Assembly: GCF_001306055.1 (NCBI RefSeq)
Contig: NZ_LGHJ01000016.1
Coordinates: 150,001-182,000 of the forward strand
Direction of reading: 5' to 3'
Length of the DNA stretch: 32,000 bases
Source: Bellilinea caldifistulae
GTDB lineage: Bacteria > Chloroflexota > Anaerolineae > Anaerolineales > Anaerolineaceae
Positions 1-7,275 of this stretch are shown here, piece after piece (position 1 is the first letter of the stretch; each line of letters starts with the position of its first letter). The position numbers were made by a program, and so were the translations under genes. The notes beneath the pieces were generated by a model, which was given only the letters and a program-made list of their open reading frames with translations, ran no database searches and had not been told where the DNA came from.

Positions 1-1
1 A

Positions 2-550
2 AATTATCGAAAACAGAAACGTGTAACGAAACGTTACAGCACACGTAACGATGATGTAACGAAACGTTACAACAATAGTAACGAACATGAAACGAAACGT
101 TACGGAGATAAAGAAGAAGAAGTAGAAGAAGATAAAGAAGAAGAAGTAGAAGAAGAAGTAGATGCAGATGCAAAAAACAGCGGCGGCAACAACAGCGATG
201 ACATTACTGCATATTTTTCTCCCGAAATGCAACCGCTGATTGAGGCATTTACGGCAACCACAGGCATTTACGCGCCTGTTGGTGGTGGTGGACGCACAAA
301 ACGTTGGCATGATGCCATGATCGAGCTGATGCGTATGCGTGCGTCGCCGGAAGAAATTACTGCGACCTGCACCGAGATGCTTGGCCAAGGGCTGAAAATT
401 GCGGGGCCGTGGTCAATCGTCAACGGTCTGAACGTGTACCGTTCGCGGCAGCGTGCGCCGAACGGCAAAAACAAAAATACACCGAAGCCTGCGGAGAAGC
501 AGTACACGCCGGAGCAAATCTACGAAGCCCTGTACGGAGAAAAACCATGA
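2..550 (+). CDS. Replication-associated protein, C-terminal part (5' end outside window); candidate origin-binding initiator
   Basis: Frame 2 is open from the window edge: there is no stop in the 75 codons upstream of the ATG at 227, and no SD precedes that ATG. It encodes three VTKRY repeats, an acidic E/D/K linker, then a globular C-terminal part. Its stop overlaps the start of the loader gene (ATGA at 547-550). Function is inferred only from the embedded iterons and the gene's position. Confidence 0.5.
   Translation, partial: NYRKQKRVTKRYSTRNDDVTKRYNNSNEHETKRYGDKEEEVEEDKEEEVEEEVDADAKNSGGNNSDDITAYFSPEMQPLIEAFTATTGIYAPVGGGGRTKRWHDAMIELMRMRASPEEITATCTEMLGQGLKIAGPWSIVNGLNVYRSRQRAPNGKNKNTPKPAEKQYTPEQIYEALYGEKP
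23..103. repeat. Iteron-like array: three 15-bp interrupted palindromes GTAACG-AAA-CGTTAC at exact 33-bp spacing
   Basis: Copies lie at 23-37 and 56-70 (identical) and at 89-103 (GAAACGAAACGTTAC, one mismatch). Extra GTAACG half-sites at 45-50 and 78-83 are also 33 bp apart. GAAACG occurs at 16-21. Confidence 0.85.
107..154. repeat. Perfect 24-bp tandem duplication within a strand-asymmetric purine-rich tract
   Basis: GATAAAGAAGAAGAAGTAGAAGAA occurs at 107-130 and again at 131-154. From 104 to about 180 the top strand is almost entirely A/G, with few T and almost no C. Confidence 0.9.
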
Positions 551-1455
551 CGATCTGGTCACGCATTTGGCCAAGAGAGCTGGAAGTTTACAAATCCAAC
601 CCAAAAGCCATTCCGATGGGTGGCGGTCCATACCCGAACTTGTGCAGTAACTGTGGCGGCCACGGAGTGATGATGGTATTTGTGATTGATGGCGGACCAT
701 ATCCTACGCCGATCGGAAAAGTCAAGTGGCTGGACTTGCCGGAAAATCCTCCCGATCCGCAGACACCTAGCAAATCGGGTTGGTATTCGGGCAAACTTGA
801 GGTGGCACATTGCCCGGTTTGCAAGGATGGGCGCATGGACACTTACATCCAGCAGAACTGTGGTTTGAGCGGAAGTGACCTGTGGGTGAGCATCGAGGAT
901 TTCAAGACTAGCGGTGTTAACGCGGAAAAAATTACAGCAAAACAAGTTGCTGCTTCACTGCTGGCCATGAACCAGTCACCGAACGGATTTGTAGTTTTCA
1001 CTGGCGGTTACGGGGTTGGTAAAACCCATTTACTTAAAGCCATCACCAATGGCTTTCGCTTAGTCCGAATTATGGCTAAATACAGCACGATGACGGACTT
1101 GCTGGCTGACATCCGCGAGCGGTTTGGGGACGAGCATGGCGTACATGCGGTAGAGGATGCGATTGACGATCTGCGTCGTGCCAAAGTGTTGTGCATTGAC
1201 GAGATAGACCGCGTCAACCTGACGGCCTGGGCGAAAGAGACCATCTTCCGCCTGCTGAATGCGCGTTATGAGGAGCGGGATAAATTATTGACCGTTATGG
1301 CTACCAATCTCGATATCAATAATATGCCGCCGGAACTAGGCTATCTGGCCAGCCGCTTTTCCGGCGGCGTTGTGGTGCAAGTACCCGGACCGGACATGCG
1401 CCAGGCGCAGGGTATCAAGGCACGTAAAGAACTGCTAGAAGAGGTTTTGTCATGA
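547..1455 (+). CDS. DnaC/DnaI-like AAA+ helicase loader with N-terminal Cys4 zinc-ribbon-like region
   Basis: Walker A is GGYGVGKTHLLKA and Walker B is VLCIDEID. The N-terminal region carries CSNCGGHG and CPVCKDG. Start chosen at ATG 547 (MTIWSRIW), which overlaps the upstream stop as ATGA. The track ORF start at 409 would overlap the upstream gene by 140 nt. Confidence 0.8.
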   Translation: MTIWSRIWPRELEVYKSNPKAIPMGGGPYPNLCSNCGGHGVMMVFVIDGGPYPTPIGKVKWLDLPENPPDPQTPSKSGWYSGKLEVAHCPVCKDGRMDTYIQQNCGLSGSDLWVSIEDFKTSGVNAEKITAKQVAASLLAMNQSPNGFVVFTGGYGVGKTHLLKAITNGFRLVRIMAKYSTMTDLLADIRERFGDEHGVHAVEDAIDDLRRAKVLCIDEIDRVNLTAWAKETIFRLLNARYEERDKLLTVMATNLDINNMPPELGYLASRFSGGVVVQVPGPDMRQAQGIKARKELLEEVLS

Positions 1456-1643
1456 AATTCTTAATCGAAAAAAACTTGTGTCCGGTGGGCGAAGAGATTG
1501 AACGTGATCTGGACGACCTGCTGGCCAAACAGCGCATCGAGCCGACGGCCGAGCGCAGTCACGAAATCCACAAGTTGATCAAGTTGTATTTTCGGCATCG
1601 CAAAGAATGTTTTGACTGCAAAGTACAGATCAGGGTGAGATGA
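1452..1643 (+). CDS. Hypothetical small phage protein (63 aa)
   Basis: ATGA overlap with the loader stop. GAAGAGG lies about 9 nt upstream. The C-terminus is basic and contains a CxxC motif. No family was recognised. Confidence 0.5.
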   Translation: MKFLIEKNLCPVGEEIERDLDDLLAKQRIEPTAERSHEIHKLIKLYFRHRKECFDCKVQIRVR

Positions 1644-1873
1644 GCATCAATAATCAGAATCAAATCTTCTTTTGCGGATATGTGATGTTCCCGGGTGTGG
1701 ATGTGAACGAGTACTGGGATTTTGTGCGCAAATCCATGCCGATTCGGGACGTCAAAAACGGGCTTGAGATGGGCATATTTCCGCCGGGGCTGGTTATGAA
1801 GGATGATTACAACAATCTTGCGATTGTGGATCGCGACCGGCGGACGTTGAGAAAACTATCCTGGTGGGTATAG
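1640..1873 (+). CDS. Hypothetical small phage protein (77 aa)
   Basis: ATGA overlap with the previous ORF and GGGTGAG upstream. No family was recognised. Confidence 0.5.
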   Translation: MSINNQNQIFFCGYVMFPGVDVNEYWDFVRKSMPIRDVKNGLEMGIFPPGLVMKDDYNNLAIVDRDRRTLRKLSWWV

Positions 1874-1882
1874 GAGGCAGAA

Positions 1883-2017
1883 ATGGGAGGAAATCCGTAC
1901 AAACCAAAAAAAGTAAGCGACTGGGTGGACTTGCTGCTGGTGTGTATTCTGGCCTGGCTGCTGGTATTACTTGCCATAGTTTGGCTTCCAGAGATTGTAA
2001 TATGGTTGATGAAGTAA
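1883..2017 (+). CDS. Small membrane protein (44 aa, one TM); below the ORF-track size cutoff
   Basis: A strong SD (AGGAGG, 1873-1878) precedes ATG 1883. The product is MGGNPYKPKKVSDWVDLLLVCILAWLLVLLAIVWLPEIVIWLMK, ending at TAA 2015-2017. Confidence 0.55.
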   Translation: MGGNPYKPKKVSDWVDLLLVCILAWLLVLLAIVWLPEIVIWLMK

Positions 2018-2030
2018 CAGCGAAGATTTC

Positions 2031-2246
2031 ATGAACTTCGAATTATCCCAAGAAGATGCTGCTGTTTTGAATGCCATCCGCCAGGTGTGTGAAGGAACAG
2101 GATTTGGGCGGGTGGTTATTGAAATCTATGGGGGACATATAAAATTAATCGAATCTAGTACCTTTATTCGGGTTGCACGAAATAATAAAAATGATAAAAT
2201 AAGAGACGAAAGCTCGACCGAGGCATTGAATCCCGGAGCAGTGTAA
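2031..2246 (+). CDS. Small protein resembling the YezD/DUF2292 family (71 aa)
   Basis: The pattern VLNAIRQVCEGTGFGRVVIEIYGGHIKLIESSTFIRV matches my recollection of the DUF2292 signature (fGsv.i.i..G.i..ie). The SD is weak. Confidence 0.45.
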   Translation: MNFELSQEDAAVLNAIRQVCEGTGFGRVVIEIYGGHIKLIESSTFIRVARNNKNDKIRDESSTEALNPGAV

Positions 2247-2266
2247 AAACTGTTTCCGGGTTTTTT
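2232..2266 (+). terminator. Intrinsic terminator after the early/accessory ORF cluster
   Basis: CCCGGAGCAG (2232-2241) pairs imperfectly with CTGTTTCCGGG (2250-2260). The helix is followed by TTTTTT (2261-2266). The stop codon 2244-2246 lies in the loop. Confidence 0.55.
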
Positions 2267-2293
2267 GTTATGTAAGATTAGATTCAATACCCT

Positions 2294-2686
2294 ATGACCA
2301 GAGCTAGAATTTCGCGTAACCGAATCAAAAAAGCCATTCCAGGAAGCGGGGGAATCGTGATGATTGTAGCCCGCAAAGCGGGATATTCCTGGGGTGCTGT
2401 GCGTGACGCCATCCGTGCTGATGAGGAACTTTCTCGGATGATGCAGGATGAATCCGAAACAGTCAACGATGTTGCCGAGTTGACCATTGTGGAAAAGATA
2501 AAAGGGGGTGACGAGAACAGTGCCAAGTGGTGGTTGGCAAGAACTAGACGAACTAAATTTGGTGACAGCGTCGATATTACTTCCGGGGGGCAGCCAATCA
2601 AAATTGAGGTTGAATGGAGAACGATAGATGTCGGTCAGAGTGAGACTTCCGGCGCTTCACAGGAAACAAGCGGAGATAGCATTTAG
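2294..2686 (+). CDS. Terminase small subunit
   Basis: Sits immediately upstream of, and overlapping, TerL. The N-terminal part is HTH-like (IVMIVARKAGYSWGAVRDAI). The motif AKWWLARTRRTKFGD is typical of small terminase subunits. Confidence 0.65.
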   Translation: MTRARISRNRIKKAIPGSGGIVMIVARKAGYSWGAVRDAIRADEELSRMMQDESETVNDVAELTIVEKIKGGDENSAKWWLARTRRTKFGDSVDITSGGQPIKIEVEWRTIDVGQSETSGASQETSGDSI

Positions 2687-3857
2687 CCCAAAGCGTTTTC
2701 GGGTGGTTTGCTGCGGCCGGCGTTTTGGCAAGACTCGTTTGGCAGTTTTGCTGGCACTAGATGAGGCACTGCGCGGTGGTTCTGTGATGTGGATTGCACC
2801 GTCATTTGACAAGGCTATGATTGGCTGGAGACTGTTTGAAGAATTAAGTGTTCCTCTTTCTGGCTTATTAACTCTTCGGCGAGGCGAGCGGCGGATTGCG
2901 ACTGCTTCAGGAGGCTGGATCAGTATCAATTCGGCTGACAGCGAGGGTGGATTGCGCGGGGAAGGACTTTCGTTGGTTGTGGTGGATGAAGCTGCGTATA
3001 TTAAAGACTTGAAAAAGATTTGGGAAACTGAATTGCGACCGGCATTAACGGATCGCATGGGCAAGGCAATTTTTATCTCCACCCCGGCCGGCTTCAATTA
3101 TTTTTACGAATTATTTCGCATGGAAGACAATGATCCGAATTGGCAATCGTGGCAATTGCCATCTTCGGCCAATCCATTTTTAGATAAATTGGAATTGGAG
3201 TCGGCGCGTCAACACTTGCCTGCGTTGGTTTATCGGCAGGAATACGAAGCAGAATTTGTTCAATTAGAAGGTGCGTTATTCCGTAGAGAATTTTTTGAAC
3301 TTGTGGAAGATTCGCCCGCTTTGGTTAAAGTGGCTCGCTATTGGGATTTAGCCGCCAGCACAAAAACGCTGGCAGATTATTCAGCAGGCGTCAAGGTGGG
3401 CATTGATAAAGATGGCTTTGTCTATGTAATGGACTGTGTACGCGGGCGCTGGGAGTGGCCGGCACTGATCCGCATTATTGGCAGTACTGCACGGGCGGAC
3501 GAGAGCGTTTGTACTCAGTATGTGGAGGCAGTTGGGACGCAGCGAGGTATGCTTGACCTGCTACATGCAGAACCCACACTGGCGGGAATTGCTTTTCGGG
3601 GAGTGACTTTGCATAAGGATAAAGTTACGCGTGCTAATGCTTTTCTGGCGCGAGCTGAGCAGGGCAGGGTGCGATTACTTCGTGGCGCATGGAACAACAG
3701 CTGGCTGGACGAGATTTGTGCTTTCCCGGCTGCTGAACATGATGATCAGGTAGATGCAACTGTAGGGGCTTTCAACGCCTTGCAAGGTAATTATGCTGGG
3801 CTTGCCGATTTCTATCGCAGGGAATTGGAGAAGAAGAATGGACGCTATCAAAACTGA
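2628..3857 (+). CDS. Terminase large subunit
   Basis: Walker A is CCGRRFGKT and Walker B is LVVVDEAA. The C-terminal nuclease part carries acidic motifs (YVMD, EHDDQVDA). It sits directly before the portal gene. Confidence 0.9.
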   Translation: MSVRVRLPALHRKQAEIAFSPKRFRVVCCGRRFGKTRLAVLLALDEALRGGSVMWIAPSFDKAMIGWRLFEELSVPLSGLLTLRRGERRIATASGGWISINSADSEGGLRGEGLSLVVVDEAAYIKDLKKIWETELRPALTDRMGKAIFISTPAGFNYFYELFRMEDNDPNWQSWQLPSSANPFLDKLELESARQHLPALVYRQEYEAEFVQLEGALFRREFFELVEDSPALVKVARYWDLAASTKTLADYSAGVKVGIDKDGFVYVMDCVRGRWEWPALIRIIGSTARADESVCTQYVEAVGTQRGMLDLLHAEPTLAGIAFRGVTLHKDKVTRANAFLARAEQGRVRLLRGAWNNSWLDEICAFPAAEHDDQVDATVGAFNALQGNYAGLADFYRRELEKKNGRYQN

Positions 3858-5415
3858 CCTGACCGAGCGGTTGGGCGCATTGGTTCAAATGGCGCAAGCA
3901 GCAAATGCGGCTTTATTTGGTCCTGGTGCGCCGCCGCAGCCATTACTGGATGATGAGCCGCCGCGTTTGTTTGAGTATCAGCCAGGTATCAATCTGGTGA
4001 CCGTGCCGCGGGCTGGTTTTGGCGTATTGCCGTTTTCTGTGCTGCGCGCTCTGGCGCAAACCAGCAAAGAAATCCGTTTGAACATCGAGTTGATCAAGCG
4101 GACGATGCGCGGTTTGGAGTGGGACATCATTCCGCGTGTAAAGCAGGGAATTGGTTATCAGGTTGTCACAAAGGAAGTGGTAAAATTCTTTGAGCAACCG
4201 GACGGTGTACACGATTTTGACTCGTGGGTAAATCAGCTGCTAGAAACGTTGTTGACGATTGATGCGGTGACAATTTATCCCGACATTCAAAATGGAAAAC
4301 TGGTTTCTTTGGATTTAATTGATGGTGCTACTATTCGACCGTTGCTTGATCTGCGCGGCCGCATTCCGAGACCGCCGCTGCCGGCTTATTTGCAAATGTT
4401 GTATGGGATGCCGGCAACACATTATTCAGCAGATCGCCTGATCTACGCGCCGCTCAATACGAAGACCCACACGCCGTATGGAGAAAGTCCCATTGAGTGG
4501 GCACTCATGGCGATCAACACGGCGATTCGGCATGATGCAGTGCGTCTGGGTTGGTTCACGGAAGGCAACATCCCAGGTGTGCTGGTGAGTGTGTCGCCGG
4601 ATTGGACGCCGGAGCAATTAGCCACATTTACTGAGTATTTTGATGCATTGGCAAAGGGAGATATTCAGCGTGCAAGCAAAATCTTGTTTGTGCCGGGCAA
4701 TGGGGCGCAGTCCATTTTTCAGCCGCAGCAGGGGGATGCAGACAAAATTGAAGTGGATAAGTGGCTGATGCAGGTTGTCTGCTGGGCGTTTGGCAACAAT
4801 CCAGCGGAGTTCGGTCTCATTCCATCATCCGGTCTTGGCGGATCGGGATACGTTCAAGGCATGGAAAATGCTCATTATCGTTCGATGATTGGACCCATCA
4901 CGGGGTATCTCAAATCTTTGTTTGATAGGCTTATTCGGGATTATTTGCACAGGCCGGATTTGGAATTTAAGTGGATTGGTCTAGAACCACCGGAAGATGA
5001 GCTGCGCCGGGCGCAGATTGATCAGGTGTACCTCTCGATGGGAGTATACTCACCGGCCTATGTGCAGGAGCGGTTGGGGGTGCCGATGGAGTTTCGGGAT
5101 ACATCTCAACATGGAGATATTTCCCAATTAGTGCCATTTTTACAACGAGCGATCAAGGCTGATTTAGCCGATTGGCGTGAACGGGCGAGACGTGAGTTTA
5201 AGCGTGGGCAAAGGTTTTCGGTTTTTTACAGTCAGATTATTCCTAGTAATTTATATTCTCGAATTGTAAAAGAGCTTGAAAAAGCTGAATCTTTGGAAGA
5301 CATTGATAACTCTTTCGAGAAAGCAAAAAACTATCTTCAACACACTCAGTATCTGTTGAAATGTCTGCTCCCCGCTCAGGAGGTCGGGGAAGAGCAACCC
5401 TTTTGCTACCCATGA
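3838..5415 (+). CDS. Portal protein
   Basis: About 525 aa, located between TerL and the MuF-like gene (an SPP1-type order). Start chosen at ATG 3838, preceded by GGAGAAG and overlapping the TerL 3' end. The track start at 3793 lies deeper inside TerL. Confidence 0.85.
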   Translation: MDAIKTDLTERLGALVQMAQAANAALFGPGAPPQPLLDDEPPRLFEYQPGINLVTVPRAGFGVLPFSVLRALAQTSKEIRLNIELIKRTMRGLEWDIIPRVKQGIGYQVVTKEVVKFFEQPDGVHDFDSWVNQLLETLLTIDAVTIYPDIQNGKLVSLDLIDGATIRPLLDLRGRIPRPPLPAYLQMLYGMPATHYSADRLIYAPLNTKTHTPYGESPIEWALMAINTAIRHDAVRLGWFTEGNIPGVLVSVSPDWTPEQLATFTEYFDALAKGDIQRASKILFVPGNGAQSIFQPQQGDADKIEVDKWLMQVVCWAFGNNPAEFGLIPSSGLGGSGYVQGMENAHYRSMIGPITGYLKSLFDRLIRDYLHRPDLEFKWIGLEPPEDELRRAQIDQVYLSMGVYSPAYVQERLGVPMEFRDTSQHGDISQLVPFLQRAIKADLADWRERARREFKRGQRFSVFYSQIIPSNLYSRIVKELEKAESLEDIDNSFEKAKNYLQHTQYLLKCLLPAQEVGEEQPFCYP

Positions 5416-5416
5416 T

Positions 5417-6526
5417 TTGGAAAAGCAAGTTGAGCCGTATCATCCCGAATATGCCGCGAATCGGGTAAAAAGTTTGCTGGAACGGTTAGAGGAGGAGCTG
5501 CAGCAAGCATTGATGCGCTGGTTTACTGAATTCCTCGATGACCTGATAGGTGTGAAGAAAATAGCAAAAGACGAACCGCTGCCCGGCTTCATTCTAGCCC
5601 GACTAAATGATCAGGTTTGGTGGAAAACCTGGAGCGAGAAATTAGCCGAGATTTTGACCAGCAATATACTCAGTGCCATGAGAGCCGGCAGTCACAGTGC
5701 CGGGCGTCAGTTGGCCATGAACTTGTCTTGGGATTATATTCAGCCAGCCGCAGTGGAATGGGCGAGGCAAAACGCGGGTAAACTGGTAACCGGTATTTTA
5801 CCGGACATACAAACGGGCATTTCTCAAATAGTGACCGCTGGTTTGAGCGAAGGCAAGACCATCTATCAAATTCGAGATGAAATTGCCGGTCTGCGGAATG
5901 ATGCAGAGCAAACCGTTTTCCCAGATTGGCGGGCGGCTCGAATTGCGCGGACAGAGGTTATTCGTGCTCATGCTCAGGGGGCTAAACTCGGCTATGAGGA
6001 AAGCGGCGTGGTACGTGGAATGCGTTGGTTAGATGGGCAAACGGGCGCGTGTCCAAAGTGTAAGGAATTGCACAACAAAACGATTCGGCTGGGCGAAAAG
6101 TTCTACATTGATCCGAAATTTGGTGATGGCTTGCCGCCGCGTCATCCGCATTGTCGTTGTGCGGTTGCGCCGGTGACGCTGGATCAGGTGAAATATTTAC
6201 CTACCGATCATCCGTTAAGAAATAACCGGCGAAACAGTATTGAGGAAATAACAGACATACAGGCTTATACTGAGATCGGAGGAGTACGGGTAACCGGTGA
6301 GCGTTTGCGTCATGCTAAGTTCGGACATCCAGAATCAACAAGTCAATCTTTGCAAGAGCTAATCAACCGTATTGAAGGAAGCATTCAAAAGCCGGGAAAG
6401 TTTAATGATGTTCGACATTATATACAAGACAAAAGTGGAAAATGGTGGGTGATTGTCGTTTCACCTGGTGAAGGTTCACCGTTTATGGTCACATTCCATC
6501 GAGTTCACAAACCGCCTAAAAAATAA
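5417..6526 (+). CDS. MuF/SPP1-gp7-like minor head protein with a C-terminal extension
   Basis: Carries ARIARTEVIRAHAQGA and CPKCKELH...HPHCRCAVAP, the hallmark motifs of the Mu F family. The start codon is TTG, and this boundary is the least certain. An extra ~117-aa C-terminal domain is present. Confidence 0.85.
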   Translation: MEKQVEPYHPEYAANRVKSLLERLEEELQQALMRWFTEFLDDLIGVKKIAKDEPLPGFILARLNDQVWWKTWSEKLAEILTSNILSAMRAGSHSAGRQLAMNLSWDYIQPAAVEWARQNAGKLVTGILPDIQTGISQIVTAGLSEGKTIYQIRDEIAGLRNDAEQTVFPDWRAARIARTEVIRAHAQGAKLGYEESGVVRGMRWLDGQTGACPKCKELHNKTIRLGEKFYIDPKFGDGLPPRHPHCRCAVAPVTLDQVKYLPTDHPLRNNRRNSIEEITDIQAYTEIGGVRVTGERLRHAKFGHPESTSQSLQELINRIEGSIQKPGKFNDVRHYIQDKSGKWWVIVVSPGEGSPFMVTFHRVHKPPKK

Positions 6527-6543
6527 AAGCCCTTTCGGGCTTT
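6527..6543 (+). terminator. Hairpin directly after the MuF gene (weak U tract)
   Basis: AAGCCC-TTTC-GGGCTT at 6527-6542, followed by only one further T. Confidence 0.4.
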
Positions 6544-6647
6544 GCGCCTGCCGGAGCGCCCACCATCCCGGTCTTCTCAAGGCGTGCTCTGGGCGACTAC
6601 ACCCCAAGCGCATGATTATTTTAGCATAGATAAGAGGCAATTTCAAT

Positions 6648-7244
6648 ATGTCAACCAAAAAAGATTTGGTAATTAAGGGCTTGGAGAAACTTATAGAATT
6701 AATTGAACAAAGTAGTGATTTGCGAGAGGAAGTTTATTTTCCCATTCGCGATGCAATGGCACAATCCGGTAAATTACTGGAAGACCAAATCAAGCAAAAC
6801 CTGACTGATAATGACAGTGTCGTTACCGGCGATTTGCGCGGTAGCGTATCTTCCAGTGAGGTTCAGGTAACCAAAGAGGCGATATTTGTAGAAATCGGCG
6901 CAGGGCGGGGTTTGCCGTATGCGCAGGCAGTGGAATACGGAACGAAGCCGCACACGCCGCCGCTTTCGATTACCGAACCGGGTCAGCCGTTGTATAAGTT
7001 TGTTGAGATCAAGCGGCTAGCCGGAGTGTACTCAGTCAAAACAGGGCGCAGATTGGGCGGAAAGAAACGGCAGGTGGATGAAAACCGCCAGGCGGCGCGG
7101 GCGATCTGGGCGCATATTCGCAAATTTGGAACAAAACCGCATCCATATTTTATGCCGGCGATTGAGCAAACGAAGGAACGGATCGTAAAACTTTTCGAGG
7201 AAGCGGTTGAAAAAATTGCTGAAAGTATTCTAAAAAGTGCTTGA
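6648..7244 (+). CDS. HK97 gp10-family head-tail joining protein (with internal insertion)
   Basis: VTGDLRGSV, YAQAVEYGTKPH and PHPYFMPAIEQ match the gp10-family signature (dTG.L..S, YA..vE.G, PFl.PA). SD AAGAGG at 6632-6637. Confidence 0.7.
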   Translation: MSTKKDLVIKGLEKLIELIEQSSDLREEVYFPIRDAMAQSGKLLEDQIKQNLTDNDSVVTGDLRGSVSSSEVQVTKEAIFVEIGAGRGLPYAQAVEYGTKPHTPPLSITEPGQPLYKFVEIKRLAGVYSVKTGRRLGGKKRQVDENRQAARAIWAHIRKFGTKPHPYFMPAIEQTKERIVKLFEEAVEKIAESILKSA

Positions 7245-7269
7245 ATTTACGGTAAAAATGTTCTATAAT
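7241..7269 (+). promoter_or_regulatory. Sigma70-type promoter, near-consensus
   Basis: TTGAAT (7241-7246), a 17-nt spacer, then TATAAT (7264-7269). The -35 element overlaps the stop codon of the upstream gene. Confidence 0.6.
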
Positions 7270-7275
7270 TGAAGT

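Noticed and set aside
23-154. A CRISPR array, given the regular 33-bp periodicity
   Set aside because: There are only three 15-bp units with 18-bp intervals, the units are palindromic, the region lies inside a reading frame, and no cas genes are present. The pattern fits iterons, not CRISPR.
409-546. Upstream extension of the loader ORF (track start 409)
   Set aside because: It would overlap the preceding gene by about 140 nt in another frame. The internal ATG at 547 gives a classic ATGA coupling, and the extension is Arg/Ala-rich out-of-frame-looking sequence.
227-550. ATG at 227 as the start of the first ORF (track ORF 227..550)
   Set aside because: The same frame is open all the way to the window edge. 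No SD precedes 227. The upstream codons give a sensible repeat plus an acidic linker, so I call a 5'-truncated CDS at 2..550 instead.
3793-3837. Longer portal start at 3793
   Set aside because: ATG 3838 has a GGAGAAG SD and only a short overlap with the TerL 3' end. The longer form lies deeper in TerL.
6546-6620. A tRNA or tRNA fragment in the GC-rich spacer
   Set aside because: No cloverleaf, T-loop (GTTCRANYC) or D-loop consensus appears on either strand.
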